A DNA stretch of 63,884 nucleotides, counting the filler, from Choristocarpus tenellus KU-1152 (taxonomy: Eukaryota > Protista > Phaeophyceae): NCBI GenBank assembly GCA_964200185.2. It is 12 parts of 12 records of this genome, joined end to end, with 100 filler letters (N's around TTAATTAATTAA, not from the genome) between each part and the next. Parts side by side here need not be neighbours in the genome. Positions count along the whole stretch, not along the records: positions 61,159 to 63,884 come from CAXNAD020025278.1; 11 more parts are not named here. One strand, 5' to 3'. The notes below the pieces were generated by a model that had not been told where the DNA came from, did not search any database, and saw only the letters and a list, made by a program, of their open reading frames with translations. The stretch's first letter is position 1; the number at the start of each line of letters is the position of its first letter. Shown here piece by piece: positions 61,641 through 63,884 of this stretch. Position numbers and translations under genes: made by a program.

Positions 61641-61898
61641 TAGTGAAAGTATCTTAGAGGGTACGAGTCTTGCCCTGTTTGTCCATTTGGGGCTTGGCTT
61701 CCCTTGGGGGGGTTTTATGACATTTTCCTAGTCCAAAATATTTCGGAGTACGTAAAATGTATACGTTATGAAAAGGTGTGTCCAGAACAAGGATATTGAC
61801 ACTTCCTAACAAACACGATAGCCAAATTACGTCAAAATTGCAACATTGGATTTGGACCTCAAACGGACATGGCCCTACTCACTGAGATACTTTGACTC
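61641..61898 (-). mobile_element. MITE family A
   Basis: Full copy; TSD GAAT/GAAT. Confidence 0.85.
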
Positions 61899-63833
61899 GA
61901 ATATATACCTGCAAACAACTCATCATCCCCTCGCACCCCCTAGCACATAGAACGCACAAGTACTCCCCTTCACAATCTAACAAATCGACGGGGCTCCAGG
62001 GTCAATTGACGAACAGATATTGCTTAAGCTGTATATGACATACTCTCCCATAGTTCAAACCTTAATCCAACTAGATCAAGGGGATATACCTACAAGAGAT
62101 TAACTTCTATAAATACACACTTCACCACAAAGCAACATCCAAAACACCCGACTCCAGAAATAGGCCCACATAAAGGTTACATTTGCAACATCGAAGCATT
62201 AAGTATATACGCCAAGTGCAGAACATGCAATAATTCACTGAAACAAGATCAACCCTTCACCACTAAAAACACTCGAATATGCAATTTTCCCAACATTTTC
62301 CCAACACTAGGTAAGGGCCCAAGAGGACGCTCCAGTGCAGACCCCCCACACACGTACACTTCGGTCCTGTAAGGGATTTTACTTTCATTCCTAGACAACA
62401 AAGTCGGTTGGTGACGATAGTGTAAAAGAGGAGAGCTGCACTGCAGTGATTTTGCTTGAGGAGATAGCGCAGTGAAACAAAAATATTGGAATTTACTGAC
62501 AGAGATAATCTATCGTGTTTTACTTTCTCCGTCTCGCCCCAGATAACCCCTAGTAATATCATGTCAACGGGCACTATTCAAATGAGTATTACCAGCATTT
62601 GAACAAATGTCAACTAAGCAAACTCTCAAAAGTTACTACCTTCGCAATTAGTCCACTCTCACAAACATTAAATATTTCAGTTGTTGGTTACAAAGGACAT
62701 ACGACTCCACTGATTTCTCGTTTTGTTGTTTCTTTTATTTGCTCATGCATTCGGGTAGTCTACTTTGCACCTATAGCACATATCTTACTTGGAGTACATA
62801 GTTCAAGTAGAAAAAATTCACCCGCCATTGCTGACCAAACAGAAATCCATACATGTACTAGGTGCTGAAGAGAGTAGCTAATGGCAAGACAATGCTTAGC
62901 GAGTCTTGGATTGCCAGCAAAGTCAAATACTTCAGACTAAATCGGGAAGTCGATTCCCAATTCGATCTACAGATGGTTCGTATGGAGTTTATGTCCCTGA
63001 GATATTGGTTCTTGATATCTCGTGTGTCTTACTACGCAGTGGTTTCAAAGTGGCAAACAAGGTTTGAGGTTGACTTGCTTGAAACCACGAGTGACGCCCA
63101 GTTGAGTAAAACACAACTTGAGTTAGCTGATTATTTGCTTGATCAATTTCTTGTTCAAAAAAATTGTTCACCTTCTTTGGTCCCCAGATAAAGCTTGCGT
63201 AATAGTTCTGAGTCAAAGTAAATGAGAAATACCTACGGTTACATTTTAAGGATGTTGGCAATTATGTGCAAAATCCTGCGTTTCTTACAAAATGGGTATA
63301 GGATATATTCTTAATTCTGTCGAAAAGTCTCAAAAAATACAGAAATCAACGCTTTCAAGTCAAACTTAATACCTCATCCATGGAAATATGGATGAATTTC
63401 AAATGGTTGAATACTGACTTGAAATGCAAGACGACCAAAACCTTGGTGCCTCTAGTTTACCTTGGCTTACTACGGATATATAATGTGCACCAACCTGTAC
63501 TGTCCTATCCGTTGTCACGTTACGAAACAACGGACCAAGAATGAGGTGGCAAAGACATCACAACCCACCAACTCGGACGTGAGTCTAGCACAAGATTTGT
63601 GTGTGGAGAGCCAGAGTGACGAGGAGTGGAATGGTGGGATCCAGCACGCAAGAGGCAAGGAACGAAGAAAGGGAGTAGAGCTAGACGTAGAAGAGTCGTT
63701 TGTTGCGATGGTAGTAGTAGCTGTTTTTTGTACTTGTGGTAAAGAACATACGGTTGAGAGTGTGTGATGAGGGAAGCAACAAAAATACGAAGTAAAAGTG
63801 GATTGGTTGAATATTAGTATGTCGAAAAGGAAT

Positions 63834-63884
63834 CTCCCTCGCCGGGAGTCGAACCCGGGTCTCCTGAGTGAGAGTCAGATATCC
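63834..63884 (-). tRNA. tRNA-Glu (anticodon CTC); 5' part lies beyond the window end
   Basis: GGATA-TCTGA CT CTC AC TCAGG-AGAC-CCGGGTTCGACTCCCGG-CGAGGGAG. Confidence 0.85.

Overview
Eukaryotic, intron-rich, repeat-rich DNA made of 12 short contigs concatenated with an artificial 100-bp linker (44 N + TTAATTAATTAA + 44 N), so nothing should be interpreted across a linker. Bipartite signal+Phe plastid presequences, a GDPH/VWD-like domain of a type I recall from Ectocarpus, and a CDK20/LF2-like kinase point to a photosynthetic stramenopile, probably a brown alga (inference). Genes: a plastid-targeted SufE-MnmA fusion (SufE sulfur carrier and the start of the tRNA 2-thiouridylase lie in one uninterrupted exon; best candidate for an undescribed system); a head-to-head multi-domain gene; a six-exon CDK20-like kinase; a GDPH/VWD-like terminal exon with an in-frame TGA; a CCT-domain terminal exon; a DUF2237 gene; tRNA-Ala(AGC); a partial tRNA-Glu(CTC). 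Mobile DNA: two related MITE families sharing AAAGTATCT terminal cores with 3-5 bp TSDs, a TGTTACA...TGTAACA family with 4-bp TSDs, CRE-like LINE remnants, a decayed Ty1/Copia, DD39D mariner-like remnants, foldback elements, and many interstitial (CCCTAA/TTAGGG)n tracts. All family calls come from motif recognition by eye; no database search was run.
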